The notes under the pieces: model-generated
What the model was told of the DNA's origin: nothing
Database searches by the model: none
What the model saw: the letters and a program-made list of their open reading frames with translations, nothing else
Assembly: GCA_016188355.1 (NCBI GenBank)
Contig: JACPHY010000015.1
Location: 1,040-65,039, forward strand
Direction: 5' to 3'
DNA from: Candidatus Uhrbacteria bacterium
GTDB lineage: Bacteria > Patescibacteriota > Patescibacteriia > JACPHY01
Length of the DNA stretch: 64,000 bases
Translations under genes and position numbers: made by a program
In this document: positions 20,886 to 31,578 of the stretch, in pieces
How positions within the stretch are numbered: position 1 is the first letter of the stretch
How the letters are laid out: the number at the start of each line of letters is the position of its first letter

Positions 20886-21815
20886 ATGGCAAGCACCGAA
20901 ACAAAAATGCAATCCTTCGCGGACCTTGGTCGCACCGCACAGAAATGGATCCTTACACAAGTCGAGCATGATCTTGGATACTGGATCACCAATGAAGCGG
21001 GGGTTCACTGCTCCGCCATCCACATCGTTTCTTGGGTGGGGCTCGTCGTCAGCATCACGGCTTGCGCGTTCACGTTCTGGGGACTCCTGCCTGTTGGCAT
21101 CTTTGGTATCAGCATCCTGGCCAGCGTGGCTGTCGATCGCGCAAAGACCATCGCCCATAGACTACGAGACGTATACCCTTCCGAGCTGCACATGGTCTGC
21201 GCGTTCCTCCGTGCGCGAGTGGATACCACGGAACAGGAAATCATTGGCGCGGAGTCGCCGATCACGCAGCTCACCCAACACCTCGAACGCCTCCAGGGTG
21301 AGGCGCGGAGCACCGCAGCGCAGATCGAAAAGCGCATCGGGAATCCCTCGCCATCCGGCATCCTCCAACCCGATGATCTCCGCATGTCGCAGGAGACGGT
21401 GACGCTCCTCACGCGCGATCTCGACCGCATGCGAAAACACGTGGATGATCTCCGCGCCTTTTTCGTTCGGGCGCGCCAGCAGGTGGACGATCTCCTGAAC
21501 CCGGAGTCCGAACTTTCCCTCAAACGGAAGGTCACCGAGCTCCATGCCGCCGCACAGCAGGCGGGGCACCGCGTCGACCTAGTGCTCACCCAGAGCACGG
21601 TGGGCATTCACGCTGCACTCGAACGCATGCAGGAAGATCTCCGCACGCTCATCGCGGACACCGGCGTCGCTGCCGCCGCCGCACTCCCCGCTACCGGCAA
21701 CGCCGCAGCAGATATCGAAGCGGTCGAACGCGTGGTCACCACGTACCTCACGCAAGCGCATGCGCTTGATCTCTCCATCCCTTCGACCACCACCACAGGA
21801 GGTGCCGCATGCTGA
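20886..21815 (+). CDS. hypothetical 2-TM protein with long coiled-coil
   Basis: TTGACG-17-TACGTT promoter at 20814-20842; GGAGG RBS. Confidence 0.75.
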   Translation: MASTETKMQSFADLGRTAQKWILTQVEHDLGYWITNEAGVHCSAIHIVSWVGLVVSITACAFTFWGLLPVGIFGISILASVAVDRAKTIAHRLRDVYPSELHMVCAFLRARVDTTEQEIIGAESPITQLTQHLERLQGEARSTAAQIEKRIGNPSPSGILQPDDLRMSQETVTLLTRDLDRMRKHVDDLRAFFVRARQQVDDLLNPESELSLKRKVTELHAAAQQAGHRVDLVLTQSTVGIHAALERMQEDLRTLIADTGVAAAAALPATGNAAADIEAVERVVTTYLTQAHALDLSIPSTTTTGGAAC

Positions 21816-22417
21816 GCTTCACGATCTTCTTGATGAGCGCAGCGGGCATCATCATCAGCTACAGCATCCTTGGCGAGAAACGCCCATCGCTCTGGGGCGC
21901 CGCCGCTCGCGTGCTCGTCGCGTTGCTAGGGCTTGGTCATCCGATCGTCTTCGAAGATGCAACCGGCCCGGGGTGCGGGTCCGTGGTGACCGCACAACCA
22001 CCCGATGGCCAGCTCGAGCGACACGAACACCTCGCCTGGTGTCCCGATGCGTGCGTCAACGTACCGAAATCGATCAACATAGACATCATATTGCCTAACC
22101 AAAATCGTTTCACCGCGCATTTCCCGGTGCGTGATCCCGTAGCAGCCGTCCGAGCATTCAAGCTCCTTTCCGCGGACACCGTCGTCAGCAACAATGCCAC
22201 CACCGAGGCGATTCGAAAATTGGCAACACCGCATCTCCTCGCGTTCTCCGATGAGCACAAGAACGATCTGCTCGCGCGCAATTTCTGCACCCAGGAAGGC
22301 CTCGATCGCACGGGCCAGGAATTTGCGCAATACCTCGATCAGCACCCAGCCGTCCTCCTGAGTTTCCGGGAGCACGGCATTGCCTTCACCGGAATCACAT
22401 CGCTGGAGCGATGTTAA
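21809..22417 (+). CDS. hypothetical membrane protein, possibly distant SPFH-like
   Basis: AGGAGG RBS, overlaps upstream stop, two N-terminal hydrophobic segments. Confidence 0.65.
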   Translation: MLSFTIFLMSAAGIIISYSILGEKRPSLWGAAARVLVALLGLGHPIVFEDATGPGCGSVVTAQPPDGQLERHEHLAWCPDACVNVPKSINIDIILPNQNRFTAHFPVRDPVAAVRAFKLLSADTVVSNNATTEAIRKLATPHLLAFSDEHKNDLLARNFCTQEGLDRTGQEFAQYLDQHPAVLLSFREHGIAFTGITSLERC

Positions 22418-22526
22418 GCAGCCACACACCCGCACCGCTCTGGTGCGGGTGTTGCCTTGACCTCGATACCGGCAACGGATACCATGACCGCGATACTGCC
22501 CTTTTCCAAAATGGGAGACAAGCAAC

Positions 22527-23198
22527 GTGAGTCACACGAACACCGAACTCATGCAGCAACTCCGTACCCGATGGACGACATTCTGGCAGCGCATCGGTGC
22601 TGCGGGGGATGGACCTGCTCTCTTCGAGCAACTCGCGCGATGCTACGAGCACGAGGATCGCGCGTACCACAACTTGACGCACATCGCCGCGTGCATGGCG
22701 GATCTCGACGAGGTCCGATCCCAACTCAACGGTCCCGATGAGGTGACCGCAGAAGCGGCGCTCTGGTTCCACGACGTCATCTACCTCCCCGGCATCGCCC
22801 TCAATGAGCAGTACTCCGAGGAATTCGCCGCGTGGGCACTGTTCGAGGTCGGCGAGGTCCCAGACAAAACGCTGCGTCCGCGCGTGCACGACGCGATCCT
22901 CGCGACGAAGCGCCATGCACATTCGCCGAACCTCGCCACGCGCGTGGTGGTGGACATCGACCTCGGCATCCTCGGCGCGGAGCCCGCCCGGTGCGCACAA
23001 TACTGTGTCGCGATCCGACAGGAGTATTCGTTCCTCGATGAGCGCACGTTCGCAACGGGTCGACTCGCATTCCTCCAGAAACTCGCGAAACGAAAATCGC
23101 TCTACCACACCACGCACTTCCAGAAGAAATACGAAGCGCGCGCTCGGGAGAACATCGATACCGAGATCCGCATGCTCCATACGCTCCTCCGTCGCTAG
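22527..23198 (+). CDS. HD-superfamily metal-dependent phosphohydrolase (COG4339-like)
   Basis: RAYHNLTHI, WFHDVIY, NEQYS, ILATKRH, DIDLGIL, IRQEY; promoter TTGACC-17-TACCAT at 22457. Confidence 0.9.
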   Translation: MSHTNTELMQQLRTRWTTFWQRIGAAGDGPALFEQLARCYEHEDRAYHNLTHIAACMADLDEVRSQLNGPDEVTAEAALWFHDVIYLPGIALNEQYSEEFAAWALFEVGEVPDKTLRPRVHDAILATKRHAHSPNLATRVVVDIDLGILGAEPARCAQYCVAIRQEYSFLDERTFATGRLAFLQKLAKRKSLYHTTHFQKKYEARARENIDTEIRMLHTLLRR

Positions 23199-23294
23199 CA
23201 ACCATACCGCGCCCCCATCGGGCCGCGGTATTTCCCCACGAAGCAGCGGTACGGCCATTCCGTTATCGGTGTCCTCATTCAGGAATCACGATGG

Positions 23295-23489
23295 ATGCAC
23301 CGATCCCAAAGCTTGCAGGAGACCAAACGGGCGATCTACGCAAAGTACGGTCTGACGCCGCCCGCATGGTGCACGCCGGATGCAGACGACGTCCCGGAAG
23401 GTCTCGGTCCCTTTTGCGATCACCTCTTCCACATCCGCGATCTCACCGCCAAGGCGATGGAACCGCTCTTTGATCCGATACTGCGCTGA
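23295..23489 (+). CDS. small hypothetical protein
   Basis: 64-aa ORF ending at hairpin 23500-23522. Confidence 0.4.
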   Translation: MHRSQSLQETKRAIYAKYGLTPPAWCTPDADDVPEGLGPFCDHLFHIRDLTAKAMEPLFDPILR

Positions 23490-23539
23490 AAGCAACCGAC
23501 CACCGGCATACTCGCCGGTGGTTTTCATTGCCGCCCATT

Positions 23540-23953
23540 TCATACCGCACCCGTGCCCATCCACTGCCGATAGCGCCGCACGATCGAGTGCATCCAATCG
23601 GGAAACGCCGGATCATCGCCCCGTACCGGAACCCATCGATATTCCGTATGTTCTTCAGAAAGGATGATATCTGAGGACTGGGGATGACAGAGGAACACCA
23701 TCATCGTGATCACCTGACCGTCTTGGCGGGTGAAATGGTGAATCTCGAGTGGCAAGTCGATCGTCGCCGTGATGCCGATTTCCTCACGCATTTCACGCAC
23801 CAATCCTTCGTGGGGACTCTCCCCGAGCGAGAGGCGACCACCGGGAATATCCCACGCGCTCGGCTGATGCACATCATTCGGCCGACGCCGCAACAGCAAC
23901 ACCCGACCCTCATGCACCAACCATGCTTTCGCGGCATTTGCGGGAGGAATCAT
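23540..23953 (-). CDS. NUDIX hydrolase (MutT-like)
   Basis: PGGRLSLGESPHEGLVREMREEIG Nudix box; LSEEHTEYRWV. Confidence 0.92.
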   Translation of the reverse strand: MIPPANAAKAWLVHEGRVLLLRRRPNDVHQPSAWDIPGGRLSLGESPHEGLVREMREEIGITATIDLPLEIHHFTRQDGQVITMMVFLCHPQSSDIILSEEHTEYRWVPVRGDDPAFPDWMHSIVRRYRQWMGTGAV

Positions 23954-24708
23954 AGTTTTCCCTCCCGCTCCTGAACGGCGGCGATGCGCCGCACGAGATG
24001 CGGATGCGTGGACCACCACTCTGCCGCGCGGACCCAGTATCCGCGCTCCTCACGTGCTTGAGCAACCACCATCGCCGGGTCAATACGGGCGAAGAGCGTC
24101 TTTCCTGCTGCAAGCGCGAGCAATCCCGGGGTCGCTCCCGCGGGCACCAAGTATGCCCCGTACCGATCGCACGTGTACTCCGCCGCGCGCTGATATGCCG
24201 CACCAAGGAATGGAATGAGCAAACCCGGAAAGAGGAGTGCGCGCCAAACAAGGTGCTTCCGATGAATGTGCGCCAGCTCATGCGCGAGCACGAACGCGAC
24301 CGCATCGTTGCCTTGCGCATACGCCAACTCGAGGACATCGGAGAAAATGACGACGTATGTACTACGCAAAAACTTCGCCGCGAACGCATTCATCGATCCC
24401 CCTGCTTGCAACACGTACACCGCAGGCACCACACGAAATCCCATGCGGTGCGCGAGATCCACCGTCATCGCGTGCACTTCGGGCAACTGCTGCTCCGAGA
24501 TACGCAACGCATTGCCACGAATCATGCCCCAGAACATCCCGTGCGCATGCAGGAGAATAACCCCCCACACCAGTAACCAGAGCATACCCACAATACTAAC
24601 CACCAGCCCGATGTAGACCACTACACTCACGAGCACCAAGAGCACAAAATACACACGCTCCCGAGGATGCACGAGGGTACGGGGAAGCACAGGAGATGAA
24701 GCGACCAT
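23950..24708 (-). CDS. M48 family zinc metallopeptidase
   Basis: NAFA, AHELAHI, AEYTCDRYG, WSTHP; N-terminal TMs. Confidence 0.92.
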   Translation of the reverse strand: MVASSPVLPRTLVHPRERVYFVLLVLVSVVVYIGLVVSIVGMLWLLVWGVILLHAHGMFWGMIRGNALRISEQQLPEVHAMTVDLAHRMGFRVVPAVYVLQAGGSMNAFAAKFLRSTYVVIFSDVLELAYAQGNDAVAFVLAHELAHIHRKHLVWRALLFPGLLIPFLGAAYQRAAEYTCDRYGAYLVPAGATPGLLALAAGKTLFARIDPAMVVAQAREERGYWVRAAEWWSTHPHLVRRIAAVQEREGKL

Positions 24709-24795
24709 AAAAAGATGGCACCGAGATATCAACTCTGCCGACCATGTGATTGCAGGTATACTAGCACGAGATTCGTTGCCCACCAGTTTCGTTTT

Positions 24796-26040
24796 ATGCG
24801 CTCAAAATTCTTCGCGTTCGCGGCGCTCATTGCGTGGTGCATGCCGCCCCTCGCACAGGCGTGCGCGATTGCGCCGTTTACTCCGCCGGAGGTTACCGTT
24901 CAACCCACCGGACACACCAATATTCTGGTGCGTTGGGACCACGGCGTCACGCAACAGGGAAATGTGGCGATTGCACCAAAATCTGGGCGCGAAACTCTGG
25001 TCATTGCACCCGAACTCCGCGGCAATGCTGCGGACTTTGGATTGGTATTTGGATTCCCCGCAAGACCGGAACTCAGTGAACCCCCCACAGAACTCTTCGC
25101 CACGCTCGCCACGATGACTCGACCATTGCCGCCACCCGTGCAATTTGGAGGATTGTTCGATGGCGCAACCGCGACCGCGCCTCCCAGCACCACTGCGCCC
25201 GAGGTGGCGGTCACAGAAGAACGAGTAATCGGCGATCTCCAGATCACCGTACTCACCGCAAAAAACGGCCGTGCGCTTGAGGAATGGCTGCGCGCACGTA
25301 CGTATGTGGTCGATGCGCAGGATCGAGCAAATATCGCGTACTACCTGAATCGCCGCAATCTCGAGCGCTTCTCGCGTGCTCCCGATCCTCACTTCGTCGC
25401 CATCCAGCTCACCGCGAAAGCACGCGCCGCCGCACAAAACGAACTCACCGATGATGAAATCGAACCCTCCGAGCAACCGCTCGCTCCGTATGATATCCGT
25501 CCAATCGGATTCACCTTTTCCACCAATATGCCGTTTCTCCCGATTCGATTTGCGGCAGACGGTGACCCAACCCAACCCGTGACCCTCTACACCATCAGTT
25601 CGTCGCCACTGATCATTCCCGGCGCAGGACTCGCGTTCCATGGACGCCTGGGCATGGAAGTCCGCGAACCCTCCCATGCGCTCGCCCGTCTCGCCCAACC
25701 CGGAGACCGTCTCCTCCGTTTGGAACTACGCATCGATCCGCGCCGAATCACGCGGGATCCTGAACTCGTTCCCCAATGGACCATCTCCAAGGAAATACGC
25801 CCGACTGTTGGCGATGCACTCCTCATTCTTGCGCCGGAATCCACGCCAATCGACGCAGGCATCGTGCGGCCTGCCCCAGGCGAGCTCCGCGCCATCGACG
25901 ACGCGCCGGCCATTGCTGATCCGCCACCACCACCCGCAGCGCCTCCAACATCCACACGTCATTGGCCATTTTTTGCCGCACAACAGATGCTGCGCCTCCC
26001 ACTCCTGCTCTTCTTCGCGGCGCCCTTTGTGGGCGAATAA
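24796..26040 (+). CDS. DUF2330-like secreted protein
   Basis: Signal ending AQAC; ETLVIAPELRGNAADFGLVFGFPARP; LEEWLRARTY. Confidence 0.75.
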   Translation: MRSKFFAFAALIAWCMPPLAQACAIAPFTPPEVTVQPTGHTNILVRWDHGVTQQGNVAIAPKSGRETLVIAPELRGNAADFGLVFGFPARPELSEPPTELFATLATMTRPLPPPVQFGGLFDGATATAPPSTTAPEVAVTEERVIGDLQITVLTAKNGRALEEWLRARTYVVDAQDRANIAYYLNRRNLERFSRAPDPHFVAIQLTAKARAAAQNELTDDEIEPSEQPLAPYDIRPIGFTFSTNMPFLPIRFAADGDPTQPVTLYTISSSPLIIPGAGLAFHGRLGMEVREPSHALARLAQPGDRLLRLELRIDPRRITRDPELVPQWTISKEIRPTVGDALLILAPESTPIDAGIVRPAPGELRAIDDAPAIADPPPPPAAPPTSTRHWPFFAAQQMLRLPLLLFFAAPFVGE

Positions 26041-26075
26041 CACTGCGCGCATTGTCGGAATACTCGTCATGCACA

Positions 26076-26113
26076 GGAACACTGCCCGCACATGGGCAGT
26101 GTTCCGGTATACT
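26076..26113 (+). promoter_or_regulatory. inverted repeat abutting TATACT -10 box of surface-protein operon
   Basis: GGAACACTGCCC-gcacat-GGGCAGTGTTCC then ggTATACT. Confidence 0.5.
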
Positions 26114-26232
26114 AAGCGCAGAGACTCTTCATTGCTCTTGCGAACCCACGAGCCTGTCCCTGACGGTGCACGCATCGCGCCACGCCATGCGCATCGCACC
26201 TGCACCGACGAGGACAGGCCCGTCCCAATCCT

Positions 26233-29200
26233 ATGCTCATGAGCACGCCCCAGACGCGATGGCATCGTCTCGCGCCACTCCTCGTCCTCTGCGCGCTCGC
26301 GCTCCTGCCGCAATCCGTATCCGCAGGCTGGTTCGATTGGCTCTTCCCACCACCGCCCCCTCCCCCGCCCCCACCCGCATTGGAAGTCCGATGCGACGAT
26401 GCACTCCGATGGACCATTCCCAATGTGGAACTCGGGCAATATCGAACGTGCCCGAAAGCCGGTGAGGCGTATGCGGGCGACATCCTCATCATCGACGCGA
26501 AGCACTTCCCCGCGGACAGCGAGGCAAAGCCCGCGCGCATCGCCAAGCTCTACATCTACCAAAACGGCCAATGGCCCACCCGCGCGCTCACCTACGGACC
26601 AACCCGAACCGGGAACGGCAACTTCCGTCTGATGGCGCTCGTGCCCTCGTCCCTCGCGCCGGGCAATTACACCTTCATCCTGCGGGTCGTGGACACCTGC
26701 GGCACACCCTGCACGCGCCCCATACAGTACGAAGGACTCTGTCCGTCCACCGAGTGCCTCCAGGAGCATCGCGACGTCTTCGTGCAGGCATCGTTTGATC
26801 TCCGCATCCGTGATCCCAAACAGGAGGTGCGTCCACCCATCAACCCCGGCAACGGACCGTTCGACTTCACCTGTTCCTGGACCGAAAAAACCTGGAATGC
26901 AGCAACGGAACAATTTGATACGGTAAAAAAATCGAGCAAGGACACCTGCCCCGGTGGCTCTTCATTTTCGCTTAACGCAGGACCTTTTCCACGCGCATAC
27001 CGAGACGAAATGCTCAAGGTGTACCTCCGAGGACCCGCGGACGCAATGGGACTCTGCAAGGATGGCGCGGAGGGTCCCACGCAGTACGGCCATAACGGAT
27101 TCTGCTACTTCCCGCAATACACTCCATTCGCCGGACGGACGTGCGATCCCATGATCGTGTTCCAAGGACCGCGTTGTCGTCAGGGCAAGAGCGACCCCAT
27201 GACCTGCGATGGACCCAATCGTCCGCACTCGCAGACGCCAACGAATTGCCGCATCGCCGTCCAGCATCACCTCGTTGCTCCGCCGGGAACTACCTACGCA
27301 TTGGTCGTGCGGAATTCCTGGGCATCGAATCCTCCAACCCCAGATCGATGGGAGGTGGTCGGGCAATCAGTACTCATCACCGAGCCCATCACGGAACCCA
27401 AGCAAACGTATCGCGGTAAGCAGTTCACCGTCACCCTCGATCGCGATCAGCTCACTTTCGAGAATCCGTACGGATATCCGACGCTCGTTCCGCAGTACAT
27501 CCGAAAAGGACAGCTCATTCCGGGTGCGCGCTTCCAACTGCCGGTGCGCTGGGATGCACCCGCCGGAACCACCTTCCCCTTCTTCCCGCGACACAAGATG
27601 CAGCTCGTCCTAGATGCGGATAGTGCCGGTAATGGCGGAACGGTGCTCCGGGAAGGAAACGCCGCGGAGGCAAAATCGGGGAAAACCACTACGTGGGAAA
27701 ATTTGCAATCACCCAGCGATCTCCAACCGGGGCGACATCGCCTCACCATCCGCTGCACCAACTGCGATGACCAGCTCACCGTCGGCGATCCCGCAATTGG
27801 GAATCGCCCGCGTCCCGTATTCTATGTGCCCACAAGCGTAGAGGTCGAGGTGGTGGATCTTGCCGCTCTCCCCCTGCCCGCCCTTCGCGTACAGCCGACC
27901 GCAGTCGCGCCACACGGAACAATAACGGTATTCGGTACCAATTTTCCACCCGATGCCCGCATCACCGAGGTGACCATTGCGGGACGCGGCGGCAGCGCAA
28001 CGCTCGGCAGCACGTATCGCGCTCCACCATATGAACGATTCACGTTCACCGTGGAAGGACAGCGGGTCACCAAGGAACAGCCTCGCATCGACGTACCCGT
28101 AGCATCCGATGGGCGCATGGCGCTCGTCATCCCACTACCGCCACTCGCCGGAGATCTCGTGGCCGGCCGCGGAGAGGTGCGCGTGGAGGTGACCGTCCGC
28201 GACGGCGCCACCACGTTCAAGAAGCAAACCACCTTCACGATCGATGCGTCGGATTGTCCACTCGGAGCGGAGCGTCCCATTCTTTCCTTTGGCAAAGAAC
28301 GGAGCGATTGGATGGCGCCGACCGTTCCCGTCACCACCGCGGCACCACTCGGGTACTTCCAAGGACAAACGGCGGAAATCTACGGGAAACACTTCGCATG
28401 TCGATCACCCATCACGAAGGTGACGGCGACGTGGAAATCCGGCGGGAACACGTACGGACCCATCGCGCTGCCCCTCCGCAAACTCGAACGCGAGGAAGCG
28501 GCGCCATTTGCCGTCGTGGGTCAAGAGGCAACCAACCATGATGGCACGATCGGGGGGAGCAGCGGACTCGCCCTGCGACCGACCGGATCCCTCTGGTGGC
28601 GCAATCATCTTGATGTGGATCACGTCCTCATCGCGATTACAGATCAGAGCGGCCGCACGAGTGCGCCTACACGGCTTGAGCTCCAGTCGCCCCCCTTCCG
28701 TGCCACGCCGGTCACTCCGAGCGGCGTTGCCGCCGGCGAACGCGCCGCGATCCGGCTCTCCGGTTTTACCTCCGGCCACCGCATTGTCATCGCACCGCTT
28801 CCGAATGAAGGTCTGGGCAATGAGCCGCTCGAATACGCAGAAAATCTCACATGGAATACGGCGCTGGGAAAACGATTTGCGCAGCTCACGAAGAACTTCC
28901 GCCTGGAACGCAATCCGGATACCGTGGACTACCAAATCCCCAGCGACCTCACGACCGGAGTCCACACCTTCGCGGTGGTCGACACCACTGAGGGCGAGGA
29001 GGCGCGCGTGGATTTGAGTCGCCTCCATCATCAGCTCCTCCGCTCGCGACCGCGCGCCCTCTTCACCATGGAGATCGGCGGCAAGAAAACCGCGCCTGAT
29101 GATCAGAAAGACCAGAAGACGGACATTCCGGGGAAAGAAAACCTCGCGATCACCGTAGCGCCCACCACTGCGGCGCCAGGAACCCGCATCACCATCACAC

Positions 29201-31569
29201 TCGCACAATTCACTCCCAACAGCGTACCCACGATCACGTTGGGGGGTGACCGCATCTCACGGTTTACCGAATATACCGACGGCCGCGGGGCACTCATGAA
29301 ACAGTACGAAATTCCCAAGAGTCAAACCCCTGGCACCTACCCCATCACCGCAACCGACCAGAGCGGCGCCAAGGTGGCCGCATCGCTCGTGGTGAACGGC
29401 GTTGCCGCTCCCCCTACACTCACCATCGACCCCACGACCACCACATCAGCATCCTCCGTGGTGGTGCGTGGGAAAAACTGGGGCGATGGTCCATGGACGA
29501 TCACCATGCGCCTCGCGAACGGCAAAGGAAAAGAGTATCCGCTCCCGATCGATATCAATCTCTGTGCGAGAACAGTGAAAGCAGAGGAATGTCAGGACGG
29601 CGATCTGGCCGTGAAGGTCATTCTCCCCGAAGCACTAGAGCCGGGCACATACCGCGTGAACGTTGCGGGAACCACGGTGAGCAAGAGCGCGACACTCACC
29701 ATCATCGCGCAGGATATCCAAGAAGGAACGGAGGCCGCGATCGCCATCACGCCGACCACGGGCGCGCCGGGCACCTCCGTCATCATTAGCGGCACACGTT
29801 TCCAGCCCAATTCGAACGTCATCATCAAGTTTGATGAGCAGGTACTCCGCGCACAGCGCGGCGCCACGCGCACCGACGCACGCGGCGCATTCTCTGGCAT
29901 CACCGTCACCGTGCCCATCACCACCGCCGCAAAACACCAGATCACCGTACTCGACGGACAAGGGCATCGCACATCTACCGCATTCATCGTTGGCGCGATC
30001 AAGGAAGCCGATGGAGACGAAAAGAAAAAAGAGGAACAAAAGGAGACGCCATGCAATCCCGATCTCCCCTCGTTCTACGAGGGCGCATGCCCGAAGGGTA
30101 CGACTCCAGAGCAGAAAAAGGAGGAACCGAAAAAGGATGCGCCGTGCGATCCGAATCTTCCCTCCTGGTGGGCGGGCGCATGTCCAGCAAAATCAAACGC
30201 ACCAACGCCGGAACCCAAGAAGGAGACACCGCAACCAGAGACACCAAAATCCAACCCACCCTGCAACCCCGATCTCCCGTCATGGTGGGAAGGAGCATGC
30301 AAGCCATCCGAACCGTCTCCTCTTCCCGCGCCACAGCCACCCGTCGATACATCCAAATGTAATCCACTCGCTCCGAGCTACACACAACCGCCGGAATGTC
30401 GAAGCGCCGCGGCACCGACCTCGAACACCATCGCCGCAGGCGCTGCGCTCCTGAATCGCGTCGTAGAACCGCTCCTCGCGTTGTTCACGATGCCCACTTC
30501 CGCCGCAGCCGCAAAGGCACCCGCATTCACATCGAAATTCATGGCGGGATCGTACCGCTGCTGGAGCTACAACGTGAGCGGCGGGGGCGGCTCCTGCCGA
30601 CTTGCGCCGCCGCTCGAACTCAAGGCGAACGGAACGTACACCATGTCCAGTGAACGCGGGAGGTTCACCGTGCGCGGAAACCAACTCACCCTCTCGCAAT
30701 CCAAGCTCCGCGGCAAAGGGACGGTGAGCGAAGATGGCATGCGCATCCTGTTCGAGTATCCCTATAACGGATGGCAGCATACCGTCACCTATCTCCGCAG
30801 CACTCCACTCCCCGGGAGCGTGGCAGTGGAACTCACGATCCGATATCCCGAAGAACAGGGATGGCTCGACTGGGTTTCGACGGTGGCATTGGAGCCAACG
30901 AACGGCAGTGCCACGCGATACGATGGCGTCGCTACCGCACCGGATCGACGCACCATAAAAACCACGTACAACCGCGGCGTCATGGGCGGGCTAACCTACC
31001 GCGTGTTCGTCTCTACCGGAACGGACCGACAGGAGGTAGGGGTGCTCGATCTCCGGAAACAACGTGGCGGCAGCATCACGCGCACCATTGATGCACCGCT
31101 ACCGAAACCCACAGCTACCGAACCCGCTGATCCGCCCGTCGCCCCCATCATCGTTCCGATCGTTCCCGCCATGCCGACGACGCCCACCACTCCGGTCACG
31201 CCTCCCGCATCATCGGGAATACCGTGCGATCCCAATGTGCCCAAGTACTCGCAACCAGGCTGCGTCGATCCCGATGCTCCGGTGGTGAGCTCGCCGCCTC
31301 CGACCGCATCCCCCATCATCGAAACGCCGATCTTCGGCACACTCTCAGAGGGACCCACCTGGAATGCCCCTCCTCCCCCCGCGGACCCCACGCCCGCGTC
31401 GCCGCCCGCGTCATCGCCAAGCGCGCCGCCACGAAAAAACATCGGCGACCCATGGACGGATAGCTACGAAAACGAAGACACGCCCATACGCGAGTACTAC
31501 CGCACGCATCCCGGGGCAACCATGGGTCCGCCCCTCCTCCGCTATAACCTTCCCTCAGGGATTTTCTAA
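26233..31569 (+). CDS. giant secreted protein with Ig/IPT-like domains and Cys-loop repeats (1778 aa)
   Basis: Signal peptide VSA, poly-Pro, repeated 'P...G..ITI.G..F.P' Ig modules, five CxPxxPxW/Y..C loops. Confidence 0.9.
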   Translation: MLMSTPQTRWHRLAPLLVLCALALLPQSVSAGWFDWLFPPPPPPPPPPALEVRCDDALRWTIPNVELGQYRTCPKAGEAYAGDILIIDAKHFPADSEAKPARIAKLYIYQNGQWPTRALTYGPTRTGNGNFRLMALVPSSLAPGNYTFILRVVDTCGTPCTRPIQYEGLCPSTECLQEHRDVFVQASFDLRIRDPKQEVRPPINPGNGPFDFTCSWTEKTWNAATEQFDTVKKSSKDTCPGGSSFSLNAGPFPRAYRDEMLKVYLRGPADAMGLCKDGAEGPTQYGHNGFCYFPQYTPFAGRTCDPMIVFQGPRCRQGKSDPMTCDGPNRPHSQTPTNCRIAVQHHLVAPPGTTYALVVRNSWASNPPTPDRWEVVGQSVLITEPITEPKQTYRGKQFTVTLDRDQLTFENPYGYPTLVPQYIRKGQLIPGARFQLPVRWDAPAGTTFPFFPRHKMQLVLDADSAGNGGTVLREGNAAEAKSGKTTTWENLQSPSDLQPGRHRLTIRCTNCDDQLTVGDPAIGNRPRPVFYVPTSVEVEVVDLAALPLPALRVQPTAVAPHGTITVFGTNFPPDARITEVTIAGRGGSATLGSTYRAPPYERFTFTVEGQRVTKEQPRIDVPVASDGRMALVIPLPPLAGDLVAGRGEVRVEVTVRDGATTFKKQTTFTIDASDCPLGAERPILSFGKERSDWMAPTVPVTTAAPLGYFQGQTAEIYGKHFACRSPITKVTATWKSGGNTYGPIALPLRKLEREEAAPFAVVGQEATNHDGTIGGSSGLALRPTGSLWWRNHLDVDHVLIAITDQSGRTSAPTRLELQSPPFRATPVTPSGVAAGERAAIRLSGFTSGHRIVIAPLPNEGLGNEPLEYAENLTWNTALGKRFAQLTKNFRLERNPDTVDYQIPSDLTTGVHTFAVVDTTEGEEARVDLSRLHHQLLRSRPRALFTMEIGGKKTAPDDQKDQKTDIPGKENLAITVAPTTAAPGTRITITLAQFTPNSVPTITLGGDRISRFTEYTDGRGALMKQYEIPKSQTPGTYPITATDQSGAKVAASLVVNGVAAPPTLTIDPTTTTSASSVVVRGKNWGDGPWTITMRLANGKGKEYPLPIDINLCARTVKAEECQDGDLAVKVILPEALEPGTYRVNVAGTTVSKSATLTIIAQDIQEGTEAAIAITPTTGAPGTSVIISGTRFQPNSNVIIKFDEQVLRAQRGATRTDARGAFSGITVTVPITTAAKHQITVLDGQGHRTSTAFIVGAIKEADGDEKKKEEQKETPCNPDLPSFYEGACPKGTTPEQKKEEPKKDAPCDPNLPSWWAGACPAKSNAPTPEPKKETPQPETPKSNPPCNPDLPSWWEGACKPSEPSPLPAPQPPVDTSKCNPLAPSYTQPPECRSAAAPTSNTIAAGAALLNRVVEPLLALFTMPTSAAAAKAPAFTSKFMAGSYRCWSYNVSGGGGSCRLAPPLELKANGTYTMSSERGRFTVRGNQLTLSQSKLRGKGTVSEDGMRILFEYPYNGWQHTVTYLRSTPLPGSVAVELTIRYPEEQGWLDWVSTVALEPTNGSATRYDGVATAPDRRTIKTTYNRGVMGGLTYRVFVSTGTDRQEVGVLDLRKQRGGSITRTIDAPLPKPTATEPADPPVAPIIVPIVPAMPTTPTTPVTPPASSGIPCDPNVPKYSQPGCVDPDAPVVSSPPPTASPIIETPIFGTLSEGPTWNAPPPPADPTPASPPASSPSAPPRKNIGDPWTDSYENEDTPIREYYRTHPGATMGPPLLRYNLPSGIF

Positions 31570-31578
31570 GCACGCGCT

